Shown here: in pieces, positions 22,339-34,945 of the stretch | Numbering within the stretch: position 1 is the stretch's first letter | Layout: every line of letters starts with the position of its first letter | NCBI GenBank assembly: GCA_027923505.1 | Contig: BROI01000024.1 | Coordinates: forward strand, 186,001 to 250,000 | DNA length: 64,000 nucleotides | Source of the DNA: Mayamaea pseudoterrestris | Taxonomy: Eukaryota | Direction: 5' to 3' | The notes under the pieces: model-generated | Database searches by the model: none | Seen by the model: the letters and a program-made list of their open reading frames with translations, nothing else | What the model was told of the DNA's origin: nothing | Program-made: the position numbers and the translations under genes

Positions 22339-22617
22339 ATGTCGGTTTACGAGGAAGTAGAGATTGAGGATATGACGTATGACGACGAGGATTTCAGTTA
22401 CACATACCCTTGTCCCTGCGGCGACATATTTCGCATCACACTGGAGGAGCTCTATGACGGCGAAGACGTTGCCAAGTGTCCATCCTGCACCTTGCGCATC
22501 AGAGTCATTTACGAGGAAGAGGATCTGCCTCCTTTGCCGCCGGATGAGGACGATGCGGACGGAGTAGCTGCAGAAGATCTGCTCGCTCGTGAAATGCAGG
22601 CAGTTTCGGTCAAGTGA
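22339..22617 (+). CDS. DPH3: Diphthamide biosynthesis protein 3 / Kti11 (CSL zinc finger)
   Basis: YEEVEIEDM...[11 protein letters not shown]...[14 protein letters not shown]. Confidence 0.95.
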   Translation: MSVYEEVEIEDMTYDDEDFSYTYPCPCGDIFRITLEELYDGEDVAKCPSCTLRIRVIYEEEDLPPLPPDEDDADGVAAEDLLAREMQAVSVK

Positions 22618-23199
22618 TCAGTGAGTCGACTACATTCTACATCAATGAACATTACTACCTTGACATGAACGTGTTAATACGTAGACCTCGCGAACAAGGC
22701 ATTTGATAAACAAGTAAAGGTAAGCACAAGGAACGATGCAACAGACAACCGCTTGGCCAGCTAACCAGATGGATAAAATTCCACCCATTCCTGGTCCGTT
22801 CAATCCGAGCTACATTATATTCTGGAAAGGCGAAACGCAATTACTCATGCTTGTCTAAAATGGATGAGTGTTTACGGGTATTTGCGCGCTGTTTGGATTA
22901 CTCCAGTCCTGATACATGTCGCCAATATCATTCGATCGATGGACTCACACAATCTTTTCCCATCATTTGTTCAATTTTGCCGACGCGTTTAGATACTACA
23001 TGGCTGCATTCAAATTAAGCTGTATATGGATTGTTTTTGACGACTTTATTGGTAAAGCTGAAGTGGCGTTGCCTACATGTCCACAGGATTATAAGTCAGC
23101 GAGCAACGTCGACTGCAGACCCAGAGCTGATTGGCCCACATTTTTTTAAAAGCTGAAGAATGGAGACGTGCTATTGGACAGCACGCACGGAATGATCGT

Positions 23200-24270
23200 T
23201 CATGCAGTCTCTAGACCGATCTTGTCCACTCGCTCTCTATAATTGTATTGCTCGGTGTCGATCTGCAGCGCCGATAGATCAAGCTCTGATTCGACGTCCT
23301 TGTGGATCCATAGAAACTCTTGCTTTGCTAGCAGTACTTTAAGTAGCGTATACCCATGTCGCTCTAGTATCGATGCCAGTTTGTCAGTGCTTCGCTCAAT
23401 AGTAAGTACGCGGAAGCGATAACGGTCGAATGGAAATGTCTCCATGACAAAATCTTCTGCCCCTTCAATATCCAAGGACATGTAGTCAATCACAGAAGGA
23501 ACGTTAAATTTGTGAAAGATGTCTTCCAGCGTTGCTCCATACCGAGGCAAGTCGACATCTTTCGTCTTGCTCGCAACAGCTGGCTTGTTTTGAAACTCGT
23601 CGCCGACAATGCCACCCCTTGGTCCCTTTTTGGTGTACCGAAACTGCAACTCTTGCTTTCGACGTTTACCAACGACAGCTGCAGCTACTTGGCACTTTCG
23701 GTAGGCCAATCCAGCCCAGTATTCTGGATTTGGTTCAATGCAGAGGCCATTCCAATCGAAAAATGTTTCGAGTGCGTACGTATTGCTGATTTGAACAGCG
23801 TCATTGGCGGCTAAATCAACAAAATACCCATTCCTCTTGTTTCTCAGCAGCTTGCTGACAACATAGTCTTGTCTTCGCTGACTGAACCAATGGACCTTGT
23901 CGAAGTAGTTCTTGTTGATGGAACTGTAGAATTGCAAGTGGTCGCGATCGCCGTAGTAAACGTTGATTGCATGCCAGCCCGAGTCGGACTCCGTGTCGCT
24001 CAATGACGAGATTGCTGTTTCCCGCTCCTTACGTAGCGCCAAAGCATTGTTTGTGGTTTCGAGCAAGCGTTCATTCATCGTGTATTCAGTGTTGCTGTCC
24101 GAGATTGTGGCAGCAATGAGCAAGCCAATCACGACGCCGAGGAGGATATTTCGCCAAGGACTCGGTTCCCTCGTAACACTTTTTGATCTAGGAGACATTT
24201 CTGGATGATGCAAGACCCTGTGACAAGGTAAAGTCAGCGCTCGTGCAGCCAGTGAATCCTCGAGGTTCAT
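23200..24270 (-). CDS. FkbM-family SAM-dependent methyltransferase, type II membrane-anchored
   Basis: N-terminal TM segment (ILLGVVIGLLIAATI); FSQ..QD, GYFVDLAANDA...SNTY, WNGLCIEPN and IDYMSLDIEGAE. The true start may be the later Met (MSPRSK). Confidence 0.88.
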   Translation of the reverse strand: MNLEDSLAARALTLPCHRVLHHPEMSPRSKSVTREPSPWRNILLGVVIGLLIAATISDSNTEYTMNERLLETTNNALALRKERETAISSLSDTESDSGWHAINVYYGDRDHLQFYSSINKNYFDKVHWFSQRRQDYVVSKLLRNKRNGYFVDLAANDAVQISNTYALETFFDWNGLCIEPNPEYWAGLAYRKCQVAAAVVGKRRKQELQFRYTKKGPRGGIVGDEFQNKPAVASKTKDVDLPRYGATLEDIFHKFNVPSVIDYMSLDIEGAEDFVMETFPFDRYRFRVLTIERSTDKLASILERHGYTLLKVLLAKQEFLWIHKDVESELDLSALQIDTEQYNYRERVDKIGLETA

Positions 24271-24441
24271 GGTCGACGAGATGGATGAACAACGGATCTA
24301 ATGGTGTCGCAACGTAACTGAACATCGCACCACCACTGCGTCTCCGTGTCATTTTTTTTATTCGATCTCCATCATGAATCATGACTTCATGACAAGCGTC
24401 GCCGATGTCTAAACATCTATGAAAGCGACGTAGTCGTTAGC

Positions 24442-26112
24442 ATGCTACGAGAGGATCAATCACGGATGCCTCCACCTTCACTTGTCTACAAGACAGGCAG
24501 TCAGCAATATTTTCGAGCATTGGAACGTGGAAAGATTCACTTGTCCTCGCCGCATCCTTCCTTGCCGTATACAAGTGCATCTTTAGCAAGCAACAGCTCA
24601 ATGCCGGATAGCAACAAGCAGGAGAGCCAGGAAGAATATAGATCCCCGACTTCCTCATTGATTGACAGTCATTCGCATTTGTTCAACGACTCGGCTTCGT
24701 TACAGCAAGAGCCGGACGACGAAGGCTTCTACTTTTCAACCGTCTCGTCGCCTGACACGAAAATGGAGGGAAACAACGCGCCGCTATCATGTATTACGCA
24801 AGAGACATCGACGCAAGACGAAGGAGTTCATTATCACGAACAAGTAACTCCTCAAGTGCAAACAGTAATTTCGACGGATCCGTCGTCAGCAGCATCGACG
24901 AGTCGGAAACGCAAGGCTTCAATCATTGGCGAACCATCAATGTCTGCACTACTAGAAAAGACTCGCTTCAAGGACATCATTGGCCATACGGCTGTCAAGA
25001 TTCGGTGCGACGAACTACTGCTTCCAATGTGGCTGGCCCCATCATTGACGCAATCAGTCTTGACTGGCGTTCGATCCATGCCGGCGTCAATCTTACTCTT
25101 TGGTCCACCTGGATGTGGAAAGACCAAGCTAGCTCGAGCTTTGGCGGGAGAAGCGCAAGCGGCCTTTTTGCCGGTGGCGCCGAGTGATATATACTCAAAG
25201 TTTGTTGGGGTAGGTGTTTGCCTGACGCACCTTTGCTTGATCTACGTCGTTTGCATGCACTAATGTCATTGGTTTCTGCCACAGGAATCAGAGTCTTCGA
25301 TTCGTGAAATCTTCTTGGAAGCTTGGGAACGAGCCGCTGCGTTGCCGTCGCGATGTGCAGTTGTATTTTTCGATGAAATTGATTCGCTTGGCCAATCCCG
25401 TGGCCAGCAACTAGACGAGGGTGAAGGCGGAGGATGCTCTCGTCGCGTACTCGCGGAGCTCTTGACGCAACTCAACCAGGTTACCGATCGCTGGACCTTG
25501 AGCCAAACAAATCATAGAAGCCTTCAGGAAGATACTGTACAGAATGGAGGCAGTGATGGGGAAATGCTGCCAAGCCAAACACAACCTCGAATCATGGTCG
25601 TTGCCGCAACGAACCGGCCGGAAGACTTGGATCCAGCGTTGATGCGGCGTTTTGGGATTCAGCTACATGTTGGCTGGCCAACTGCGAAAGATCGCAGGAA
25701 GATCATTGTGCGCTTGCTCCATGATGTTCCATATACGCTCTCCCGGGACGAAATGGCAAATATTGTGGCTGCAACCGAGGGATGGTCGGGATCGGACATT
25801 GAAAATGTTGTACGCGACGCAGCCATGATACCAGTCCGAGAGTGTTTGCGAGAAGCAGTAATAGTACGCCGTCGGGCAGCCAAGCAGCAGCAACCGTGTG
25901 GAACGGCTTCATGTCAGCAAGCCGCCGAGGAAGAGCGGCTGGATCCTACCACTCGCGCAGCGAACACTCTCGCTAACGGGTTTCGAACGCTTCGGCGCGT
26001 CAACCTACTAGACTTTCAAAAAGCCATCGCCTTTGCAAGGTTTGGAGGACAGGATTCCGAACAGGATGATTGGTATGACAGCTCGAGCGACGAAAGTGAG
26101 GATGATTCCTAG
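24442..26112 (+). CDS. AAA+ ATPase of the katanin/spastin/Vps4 (meiotic) clade (intron 25210-25284)
   Basis: Walker A GPPGCGKT, pore loop SKFVG|ESE, Walker B FFDE and SRH AATNRPEDLDPALMRRF. Confidence 0.88.
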
Positions 26113-26209
26113 TTGTCGCATGCGCCATCGATTTTCCGACCTGTTCTTAGCGATAGTAACTGGCAACAAGTTCATATATATTACTTACATTAGATACGTA
26201 CATTATACT

Positions 26210-28297
26210 CTATTTTATTAACAGTTTTGGTGGTGGTCCGTCTTCAAAATTATGGTTTCGAACAATATGTTCAAGCATGTCGCGACAGCGGATCACAGCG
26301 CCCAGTTTTATGCATAGCATATACGCACCTGCAAGCTTGCGATGAAGCGTATATACCTCTTCAGGCGGAGGAGCCAATCGATCGCTAAGAAAGACAGAAG
26401 TATGTTCCCCCATGCGAGTGCTAATGTTGCTGCCTCGAAAATCAAATGGAGCATCCTTGTGAAAGGGCTCACCCACTGTGTAGCCGCTAAGTTTGTGCGC
26501 TCGAATCATTTGCTCGCTTTCTTCGCCCGTCAGAAACGACATGGCACGCGACTGCTTCATGAGAGCCTCTTCGTCTTGATTAGCGGATGCCCAGACAATG
26601 CGTAAATATCCGTCAACAAATTCCTTGGAAAATTCGCGCGTCGCGCCAAAGTCGATCAAGCTAGTTGTTTGCGTTTTGGCATCGTACAAGAAGTTGCCCC
26701 AGTTTGGATCCGTCTGCATGAATCGCCATTCAAAAAGTTCCTTCATTGTCAGGAACAGTATATGGCGGCCGATCCGATTTCGTTCGTCTTGATTCAAGTG
26801 AGCAACGCTGTCAATCGTCCTGCCAGGTCTATACTCACTTGTCAACACCTGCTCCGAAGTTAAATGCATTATAACATCTGGTACCACAAACTGGTTGGCT
26901 TGCAGCACTGGATCATTCTCAACCAGGGATTTGATACGACGCTGGTTGAGCATTTCTCGCCGATAATCACACTCCACGCGCAGTTCCTTTTCTCCCACTC
27001 GCATCACGTTCTCAATGAACAGTCCCTTGGGCGCAAGTCCAGTCCACTTGACAAGCATACCCAAATTTCTCAAGTCTGACTTGATAGAGCTTGCCACGCC
27101 GGGATACTGAATCTTGACGACGACATGTTTGAGCAAGTCACCGTCCTGAATCGTTGCCCGATGCACCTGCCCAATCGAGGCTGCCGCAAAGGGTGCATCG
27201 TCAAAGTCTACAAACAAATCGCGCCAATTGCTTCCCAATTGCGTCTCCAGTTGCCTGAATAGTTGATACTTGGGCATGGCATTGGCGCCCTGCCGCACTT
27301 GCTCGAGTGCCTTGGCGAGAGGCGCTGGCAGCAGCGCGTCATCCTGTATGGAAAGCATTTGACCCATTTTCAAGGCGGCTCCTCTCATGCGACACAGCGA
27401 GGCTGCCAATCGATTCGAGTTTGCGTCATTCATAATCATGCTTCCGGATGCAGCTGATGATGACGACGTCGTTCCTACAAGTCGCGAAATTCCTTCCATT
27501 GCCGTTCCATAGGCAAGTCCAGCACCGAGCGAAGCAAACCCCATGGCGCGACCAAAACGAGTCGATGGAACGGGAGTGCCTTCCATCAGTCTCGTGTATG
27601 AGTCGTCACCAAGTTCGATTGTGCTGTTGATTGCCGAGTCGTCGTCGTCGTCGTTGCTTGGCAAGATTCGATTCTCTGCCGCAACAAGATTTTGAGTAGA
27701 TGAAACTGGTAAAGCCTCAGTGACTGGTAGCTTGACGCGATTACAATTATGAGCTGAATCAGGACACTGGGTAACGGTCGGTTTCTCAAAGTATGTAGGT
27801 GTATCTTCCGACCGCGAAGTCATTGCGCTGATGTCAGTCGGTGGTGTCGAAAACTCAGAAACATCGTTCAATGCAATTTCATTCTCGGTCTCTGGCGCGA
27901 CTTTTATTCTATTCTGTGGCGCAGATACGACATTAGCTTGCATCTTTTGCTTCTTTAAGCGATCCAATTCTTCGTTGACCCAATCATATCCCTTCAAATC
28001 CATCGTTTCCTCGTTGTCCCTGTCGTCCTTTGGAGACTGTCGGTTTTGATATTGTTGATTGCTGCGAGCAGCGCCATTCGCATAATGCTGCATTATTATA
28101 CTTTGTATATTTCGTTGCAGCGCTTGAACTTGTTCGGACGATAGAGCGCTTGTTCCAGCCTTGCTGGAAAGGTCCCACGCATGGTCAGCTATGCGAATGG
28201 ATGTTTTTGTCGCGTCGTTGGATGCTTGCTTGGCGGCAGCCTGAGCTACCAGTTGTGCCCCAGCCAAGACTTTAAACCATCCGCTACTACCAGACAT
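26210..28297 (-). CDS. COQ8: COQ8/ABC1 atypical kinase (ubiquinone biosynthesis)
   Basis: LCRMRGAALKMGQMLSIQD (KxGQ), FAAASIGQVH, VKIQYPGVA, FMQTDPNWGNF and PPPEEVYTLHRKLAG. Start inferred at MSGSSGW. Confidence 0.93.
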   Translation of the reverse strand: MSGSSGWFKVLAGAQLVAQAAAKQASNDATKTSIRIADHAWDLSSKAGTSALSSEQVQALQRNIQSIIMQHYANGAARSNQQYQNRQSPKDDRDNEETMDLKGYDWVNEELDRLKKQKMQANVVSAPQNRIKVAPETENEIALNDVSEFSTPPTDISAMTSRSEDTPTYFEKPTVTQCPDSAHNCNRVKLPVTEALPVSSTQNLVAAENRILPSNDDDDDSAINSTIELGDDSYTRLMEGTPVPSTRFGRAMGFASLGAGLAYGTAMEGISRLVGTTSSSSAASGSMIMNDANSNRLAASLCRMRGAALKMGQMLSIQDDALLPAPLAKALEQVRQGANAMPKYQLFRQLETQLGSNWRDLFVDFDDAPFAAASIGQVHRATIQDGDLLKHVVVKIQYPGVASSIKSDLRNLGMLVKWTGLAPKGLFIENVMRVGEKELRVECDYRREMLNQRRIKSLVENDPVLQANQFVVPDVIMHLTSEQVLTSEYRPGRTIDSVAHLNQDERNRIGRHILFLTMKELFEWRFMQTDPNWGNFLYDAKTQTTSLIDFGATREFSKEFVDGYLRIVWASANQDEEALMKQSRAMSFLTGEESEQMIRAHKLSGYTVGEPFHKDAPFDFRGSNISTRMGEHTSVFLSDRLAPPPEEVYTLHRKLAGAYMLCIKLGAVIRCRDMLEHIVRNHNFEDGPPPKLLIK

Positions 28298-28537
28298 GTT
28301 TATGCCTGCATGTAACTTGTAACTGGCTAGTTTTCTTGAGACAAGACTGCAGCTTTGATGTGGCTCATTCGAGGTGGAAAAAAGGTTTGGTCCATGGTCG
28401 CGCGTCGAGTGAGTCAGCTCGGTCCAGCACCAATGAAAAGACCGTGATATACCAATACCGCTACGACATTTTCTACGAACGAATCCGACCACCATGAAGC
28501 TTCGACGACCGATCCTGCTATTTACAAGTCAACAAGC

Positions 28538-30163
28538 ATGCCATTGACTACTTTTTCTTCTTGTCCTTTCAGCCCAAATATTACTACTACTGGCAGTGGC
28601 AGTACTATTGATCGCTCGGACGACGGCAGCTGGAAACTGGCCGGCTTTTTCCAGGATAGCTCCCTTCGGTCCACCATTGCGCTGCCACTGCAGATTGAAT
28701 GTTTGTCGCAACAAGCATTAGACGAACTCTTGTCGACTAAATTTTTAAATGTCATTTGTAAAGATAAGCTGAGTGCTGAAGCAGCGAGCGCGGTGGAAGA
28801 AACTATAGAAAAGGAAGCAGCATTAGTTACCAACAAATCCTCTCAATTCTCCCTGTCAATCGAAGCCAAGGTACTGTTAACCTTTGGAACTGGAGAAGCC
28901 TTGTCAGCTCTGGTGGAAAATGTCGTTATCAAGTCTGGACACGTCAAAGACCTTTGCATTCATCTCGAAACCGAGTTGACGGTGAGAGTGCGTTCCGAAG
29001 CGGGTCGCCTCGTTGATCCAAACAGTCTCGTCAAGATTAACCTTGAGATTGGTGCCGTGCTGATGGAAACACTGCCTATACAGACAGAAGCAGAAGCTGC
29101 AGTGGCTAGTTTGAAAGCTTTGAATCTTGGTGGCTTGCCAGAGATTGGTTTGGAATCGCAGCAGCAACAACGAGTTCAATTTGCTAGGTTGAAACCCTTT
29201 GAGCTTGTCGTCTCGCTAACCTTTGCCATGAAAATCACCGCCCAAAGCTTTTCCAGCCACAATATGGGTGAGATCTATGTGTCTCTTACTATGAGTCACT
29301 CAAACATGCATTCAATGCCCCTGTCAGTGACAAACATTGCGCTCCACCCGGGGCATTCCGTCGTTCAATCTTTCGACAGGAAACTGCAAAAGCAGCAGCA
29401 AAACATTCATGACATGAGCCGCCACGTCAAATGGACGTATGCTCCGAGTTGCTCGCCAAGCTTGCCACTTTTATTAAAGCCTCATGAATCCTACTCAACG
29501 TGTTTGGTGGTGTATGCCACGGGCGACAAGACGACACGATCATTCTCATCGCCCATTTCCGTCACTGCAACGATTCTTGGTGAATCGACGGAAACAACGA
29601 AACAGTGTCAATCCATTGTCGCTGCCTGCGACGTTCAATGGACCACATGTCGCGCTGCCGTCGAGCCGGCCGATGCCTTTGGCATTCATCTGTCCGTGCT
29701 AAATTCGGATTCCATCATGGTTGGTGCGCTTTTGACGGTGAACGTTAAGATTACGAATCTTTCGTCCGAGTCGAAGCAGCTCATGATACTTGTTGACAGT
29801 AGTCGGGAGGTTGGTGTTTTGACCGACAAGAATGAGAATGCCAAGACTGCTGTTGTGTCCACCAAGGGTGGTGCCCGATTTGGCGTGTGGGGGCTTAAGG
29901 ATGATCAATTTTGTGACGGAACAAGCTCTGCTACTGAAGTTACAAGCGATATTGATCGGGAGCTATTAACAGTAGACGTTGCCATACTCGTGGGCGATGT
30001 CAATCCAGGGGCTGTCACCAAGACGGAGCTCCGCTTTGTTGCCTTGCGCGAAGGGACGCTGCGCATTCCTAATTTCAAAATTATCGATCGGCGCAAGGGA
30101 AAGTGGTATAGTGCCGTCCATACCCTGCAGCTCGTTGCCCAGCCAGCAGGTCCGGATGTCTAG
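28538..30163 (+). CDS. Beta-rich protein, possibly a TRAPP complex Trs65/TRAPPC13-like subunit
   Basis: 541-aa ORF. Ig-like C-terminus (VGALLTVNVKITNLS...ELRFVALREGTLRIPNFKIID) is reminiscent of TRAPP accessory subunits; the assignment is tentative. Confidence 0.55.
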   Translation: MPLTTFSSCPFSPNITTTGSGSTIDRSDDGSWKLAGFFQDSSLRSTIALPLQIECLSQQALDELLSTKFLNVICKDKLSAEAASAVEETIEKEAALVTNKSSQFSLSIEAKVLLTFGTGEALSALVENVVIKSGHVKDLCIHLETELTVRVRSEAGRLVDPNSLVKINLEIGAVLMETLPIQTEAEAAVASLKALNLGGLPEIGLESQQQQRVQFARLKPFELVVSLTFAMKITAQSFSSHNMGEIYVSLTMSHSNMHSMPLSVTNIALHPGHSVVQSFDRKLQKQQQNIHDMSRHVKWTYAPSCSPSLPLLLKPHESYSTCLVVYATGDKTTRSFSSPISVTATILGESTETTKQCQSIVAACDVQWTTCRAAVEPADAFGIHLSVLNSDSIMVGALLTVNVKITNLSSESKQLMILVDSSREVGVLTDKNENAKTAVVSTKGGARFGVWGLKDDQFCDGTSSATEVTSDIDRELLTVDVAILVGDVNPGAVTKTELRFVALREGTLRIPNFKIIDRRKGKWYSAVHTLQLVAQPAGPDV

Positions 30164-30334
30164 TAGGCCACACTTGTTTATTATGGTGGCTCTTATCTTG
30201 AATATAAATTACGGTTAGTACGACGCAAAGGTTAGCCTGCGGGTTGGACGCCCGTCGCAGAACCAGTACGACACAGGCTCCAACCGCGCTAACGCGTTTC
30301 GCCGTCACACTTTCTCACGACGATTGATTCCACC

Positions 30335-33300
30335 ATGGCGGCGGCCGCCCCATCGCAAGTACTAGACTTTGAGGCTCTCTTGTCTCGTGATTATAGACCA
30401 GCTCGAGTTAGTCGACTTGTCATCAATGACTTGTATCAAAAGCAGCCGACGAAAGGCTCGGCAGCGACCAGTCAATCGTCTTGGAACACGAACAACCGCA
30501 AGGAATCGGAGGAAGATGTCAGACGGAAGCGAGCTGATGAAGAAACTTCCCGACTTGTCATGAGTCTAGTATCGCAGACTCCTGCATTCATGAGGCACTT
30601 GCCGCTGGACGAGCAGTTGAAACTGCAGAAACAATCGAGCTCGCTGCTGTCGAAAACGAAAAATAACAAGACAAACAATTCATTTGCAAGCGACCCTCGC
30701 AATATTCCACAAGAATTTCATCTCGTGAACCTCATGGATTGGGAGAAACAAATTGATTGGGACGGAAGCCTTTCAGCGAACATGAAAGCATCGGACCCTT
30801 TGGAACTTATTCAGCGACCGCGCAACCCACATCTCGACAATTTGACGTTCGACGACTGCTTTAGCGCCGACCCGAGCGTCTTACTTGAAAAGGCACGAAA
30901 GGCTCCATTAATATTGGAACTATCGGTCGCCGGTCAATCCGTTGCCAATCACGTTTACCAAAACTCGGCACTTTCGGCCCAGCGTCCGCTGCTTGCCTCG
31001 CAAACGGACGAGTATCAAAATCGACTGGATCGTGACTGGAGCGGTCACATGGGCATTACCAGTACTGCCGAACTGTCATCGGCCACCAAGGTCAAGAGCT
31101 CGTCGCTGCATGGCAATAAGGAGCAAATGGAGGCACAGATTGCCGAACGACAAAAGAAGCGAGCGGAAATGGCCATTGACAAGACAAATCGAGTGACACA
31201 AGCAATGGCGACTGTGGCGGCCATGGGCGGTGGGCGCGGAAGAACCATCACATCGAGCTTAATGGGGCCGGGAGGAACGGAACGCACGGGTCGTCCGAGT
31301 CGCCTCATGGGGTCGGCGAGTCATGAAGCGGAATATGTAGAGCAACTTGACTTGGTCACGTCAGTAAGTTGAAACGTGCAATTTTAATTGCGACTTATCG
31401 CTGGTTTTTTATGCTAATCAACTTCATTTCACTCTGTGCAGCATACTTTATCTCGAGACTTGTCCAAGGTCATGTTGCGGCAGTTTCATCGACCCAAATT
31501 GCCGTTTCGACTTGTGCGTCCCGATATGATTTGGCAATTTCAGATTCGCTACAAGCCAACGAGTAAAAAGGGGACAGACGAATCCAAATCGTCGTATCAG
31601 TCCATTACAATGGGCACGCATCCGGGAGCGCTTTCCAAGTCAAAGATTCGGACCGAGTCTGACCTTAGCCCTACCGAAGGCAACCTGATTCTTATCGAGT
31701 ATTCCGAAGAGCGTCCGCCGATTTTCTTGACAAAAGGCATGGCCAGCAAGATTGTCAACTACTACCGCGGAGACAAGACGCACTGCCCGGTGTCGGCGGG
31801 TGGAGGCGACCGGCCGGCGAGACGAAAGAGGGATGGTGAAACAAAGGACGCTGCGCAAGGCGGCAAGGATCGACTTCCTCGGCTTGAGGGTCCCAATCGC
31901 AAGACATCAATTTTAGACTGGGTCGGAAAGCTTCCGAAGCGATCACAAAGAGACAGATCGGAGCAAGAAGCGATTGACATTCTACCAGAAGGAGTCACTG
32001 AAATATTGCACCCCAAGCAGCACGGGCCATTTCTAGGCGACATTGAGGAAGGCGCCACTGTGACGGGTATGATAACAAATCTTTTTGTTGCGCCCATGTT
32101 TCGGCATGAACCTGAATCATCAGATTTCCTCATGATACTGAATAAAATGAATAACAATGCTGCCTCTGGGGAAAGAGATGTTATGGGTGTGGTGCTTCGT
32201 GACTTTCCAACGAGTTGCTTTACCGTGGGACAGACGGAACCGCGAGCACGAGTGCATGCGCCAAATTCACAGGGTGAACGAAACTTTCTGGGGCCTTGGA
32301 TATCGTATCAGATTGCGCGTGCGTTAACGAGGAGTCAGGCGAATGGAGGAGGCTTGTCGTTCGAAGAACTTCATCACAGTGTCCTGCCAAACCTCGAAAT
32401 TCCGGCCAACACACTTCGTCAGCGGCTGAAACAAGTCGCAGAATTCGACAAGAACACTCAAATTTGGACAACCAAGCCGATCGGATGCGATGATTATCAG
32501 GGTCTGGAAGCATTCGGTAATGAAATTCCTCCTGAGGGAGAGGCTTGTTTCGATTCCGCCCGCGCTGCAAGTCGGCGTTTAAGTGACCTCGGACTCAACC
32601 AACTGATTTCAGGAACGCACACAGTTGCTAGTGTTGGACTTACTTTTGTCTATCTCGTCAGCCAACTAAATACTATTCGCGAACTCACCCGAAAGACTAA
32701 AAAACTAGCGGAACTTAGTCGCTCGAATAAAAGCATTCAACCAGCTCAACTCGCGCTGTATGAAAAAGCTGCATCTGAATTGGAGTCTTTGCAAAAGTCA
32801 CTTCGCCAAAAGCATGAGATTGCCAAATTTATTTATGAAGAACTCCAGCTCACGCCTTGGCATTTGACTGGTGAGTTTATCGAAGTTCATAAAAAAGGTG
32901 ACGGAACAGGAATGATGAAGTTGACGGGGCTTGGTGATCCAAGCGGTCAAGGAGAAGGATTCAGTTTTCTCCGTGAGGTCGATTCAAAGCCTGTCAAATC
33001 AATTGGCGCCAATAACGATGCGCTTAGCGAGCAAGTGAAGAAGATCACTGGTACTGATTGTGACTTGCGAAAGCTTACCATGAAGCAGATGGCTGCACTT
33101 CTTCGGCATTATGGGATGGACGACAAATACATAAATACGTTAAAGAGATGGGACAGGGTGCATGTTATCAGAGACCTTTCTACCAAATTCGCTTCCGATG
33201 GAGTCGGTGACGGACTTGAACGGTTTGCTCGAGGCGAGAAACTGAAGCTGTCGGAGCAAAAGCAAATGTACCACGATCGTATTCAAGTCATTTGGAAGAG

Positions 33301-34862
33301 GCAGTTGGCCGCATTGTCAATGGACACGAGCGACAAAGCGGGTGGGGCTCCCGGCCCTGATGGCATGATCACGGCCGAAGCAAATGCAGATGACGCAACC
33401 GCCTTACAAGGGGCGCAGCTTAAATCTACACAGAGGAGTGAGAAAGACGAGGAATCGTCGGATTCGGATTCAGACGACGATGACGATCTAGCCGCTGCGC
33501 TTGAGGAAGAAATGATTCATAGGGTAAGTTCCTTGACCTAAACTATTCTTTACGAATGATTCCGTTTAATTGATATTCTCATCTCCAACCAGGCGGAAAC
33601 CAATGAATTGGTTGCAGCACATGGTACAGGAGGGAAAGACGTTTATCGAGACCTTAATCGCGCAGCCCAGGACAAAGATTTGACGACTGATGCGCGTGAA
33701 TTTGCAGCTTTGAAGAGACAGCGGGAAGAAGATCGACAAACACAGGAAGGTTTACAGGCGATGGGCCTGAAGAGTGATGCAACGGCTTCTGGGGTCGGTC
33801 GACAAGTGATCCGCAAGCGAGTTACGAAAACTCATCCGGATGGAAGGCAGACAATTACGTTCAAGTTTATTGTGCAGCCCAATGAAGTTGGACGAGTCAT
33901 TGCGCACTTACAGTCTATGCCTAAGCCGCGAGTAGGACCGTTAGACGAGGCGAAACTTGAACAGGGCTCTGATGAGAAGCCGCCAGGCCATGCCATGTTT
34001 CAAGATGAAGATGATTTTGAGTACTCATCGAAAGGTCGGATGATTTCCAATCGGCGTCGCGTGCCCGGGAAAAAGAAGGAAGGACAGGCAAATCCTCGTG
34101 GCAGGGTTCTTCAGCTTGGCAAACTTAAGACGAAGGTATCGACGGAGGAGCGCATGCGAAAGCGGCAAAGGGAGGAAGATGAGATGGAGGTCTACTCAGT
34201 GTCGGTTAAGCGAAAGGGCACTAGCAACAGACGAGAGCGCGGCTCCATCCGGGACCGTCGTCCCCACGTTATATTTGCTGAGAGGTTGGAATCGATACGA
34301 GCATCGCTCGAATCACGACCAATGGTCGGCCCCTTCCTTAAGCCTGTCAATCGAAAACTCATCCCGAATTACTATGAGGCGATTAGCCATCCCATAGACT
34401 TGTCGACGATACGGGACAAGATCAATCGGTGGGTAATGATGGTTGTGTCCTGGCGTACTAAAACACATGGGTTCCATCTTATCTTTGTTTCGTCTTTTCA
34501 GATACGAATACCGTACAGCTGATGGTTTGGTGAAAGACTTTGAGTTAATGAAGGACAACGCCGCCAAGTTTAATGGACCAGCCGATGTGATCGCAGTCGA
34601 AGCTGCTGCGATCTTTGAATTTGTGCGCGATCAGATTGAATCACAACGAGCAGAGTTGTCGGAGTTGGAGGAGGCTGTAAAGGAACAGATGGAAGGGAAG
34701 CCGAAGAAGAAGCGAAAAAAGAACGAGGACAAGAAGTCGAAGGCTTCGTATGGCAATGCTGCGAGGGTAAGCGGTTTTGATGTCATGCTTGGTGATGTTT
34801 CCCACTTTCATGGAGGCGACAGCGATAGTGACGAAAGTTTTAGCGGGGCTTTTAACGCGTAA
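30335..34862 (+). CDS. TAF1: TFIID subunit 1 with DUF3591-type core and C-terminal bromodomain (introns 31364-31441, 33524-33592, 34429-34501)
   Basis: FHRPK, LIEYSEERP...GMASKIVNYYR, PFLG, NLFVAPMFRH..DFL, EELQLTPW, GLGDPSGQGEGFSF, TGTDCDLRKL and KRWDRV; bromodomain PFLKPV...YYEAISHPIDL...NAAKFNG. All three introns restore the frame. Confidence 0.93.
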
Positions 34863-34945
34863 CTTGGCCCAGAATGTAAGAAACACCATCGAACTATAAG
34901 TAATTAAATTATCATGGTTCGTCTGCTTTTACATCGTTTAGCTAC

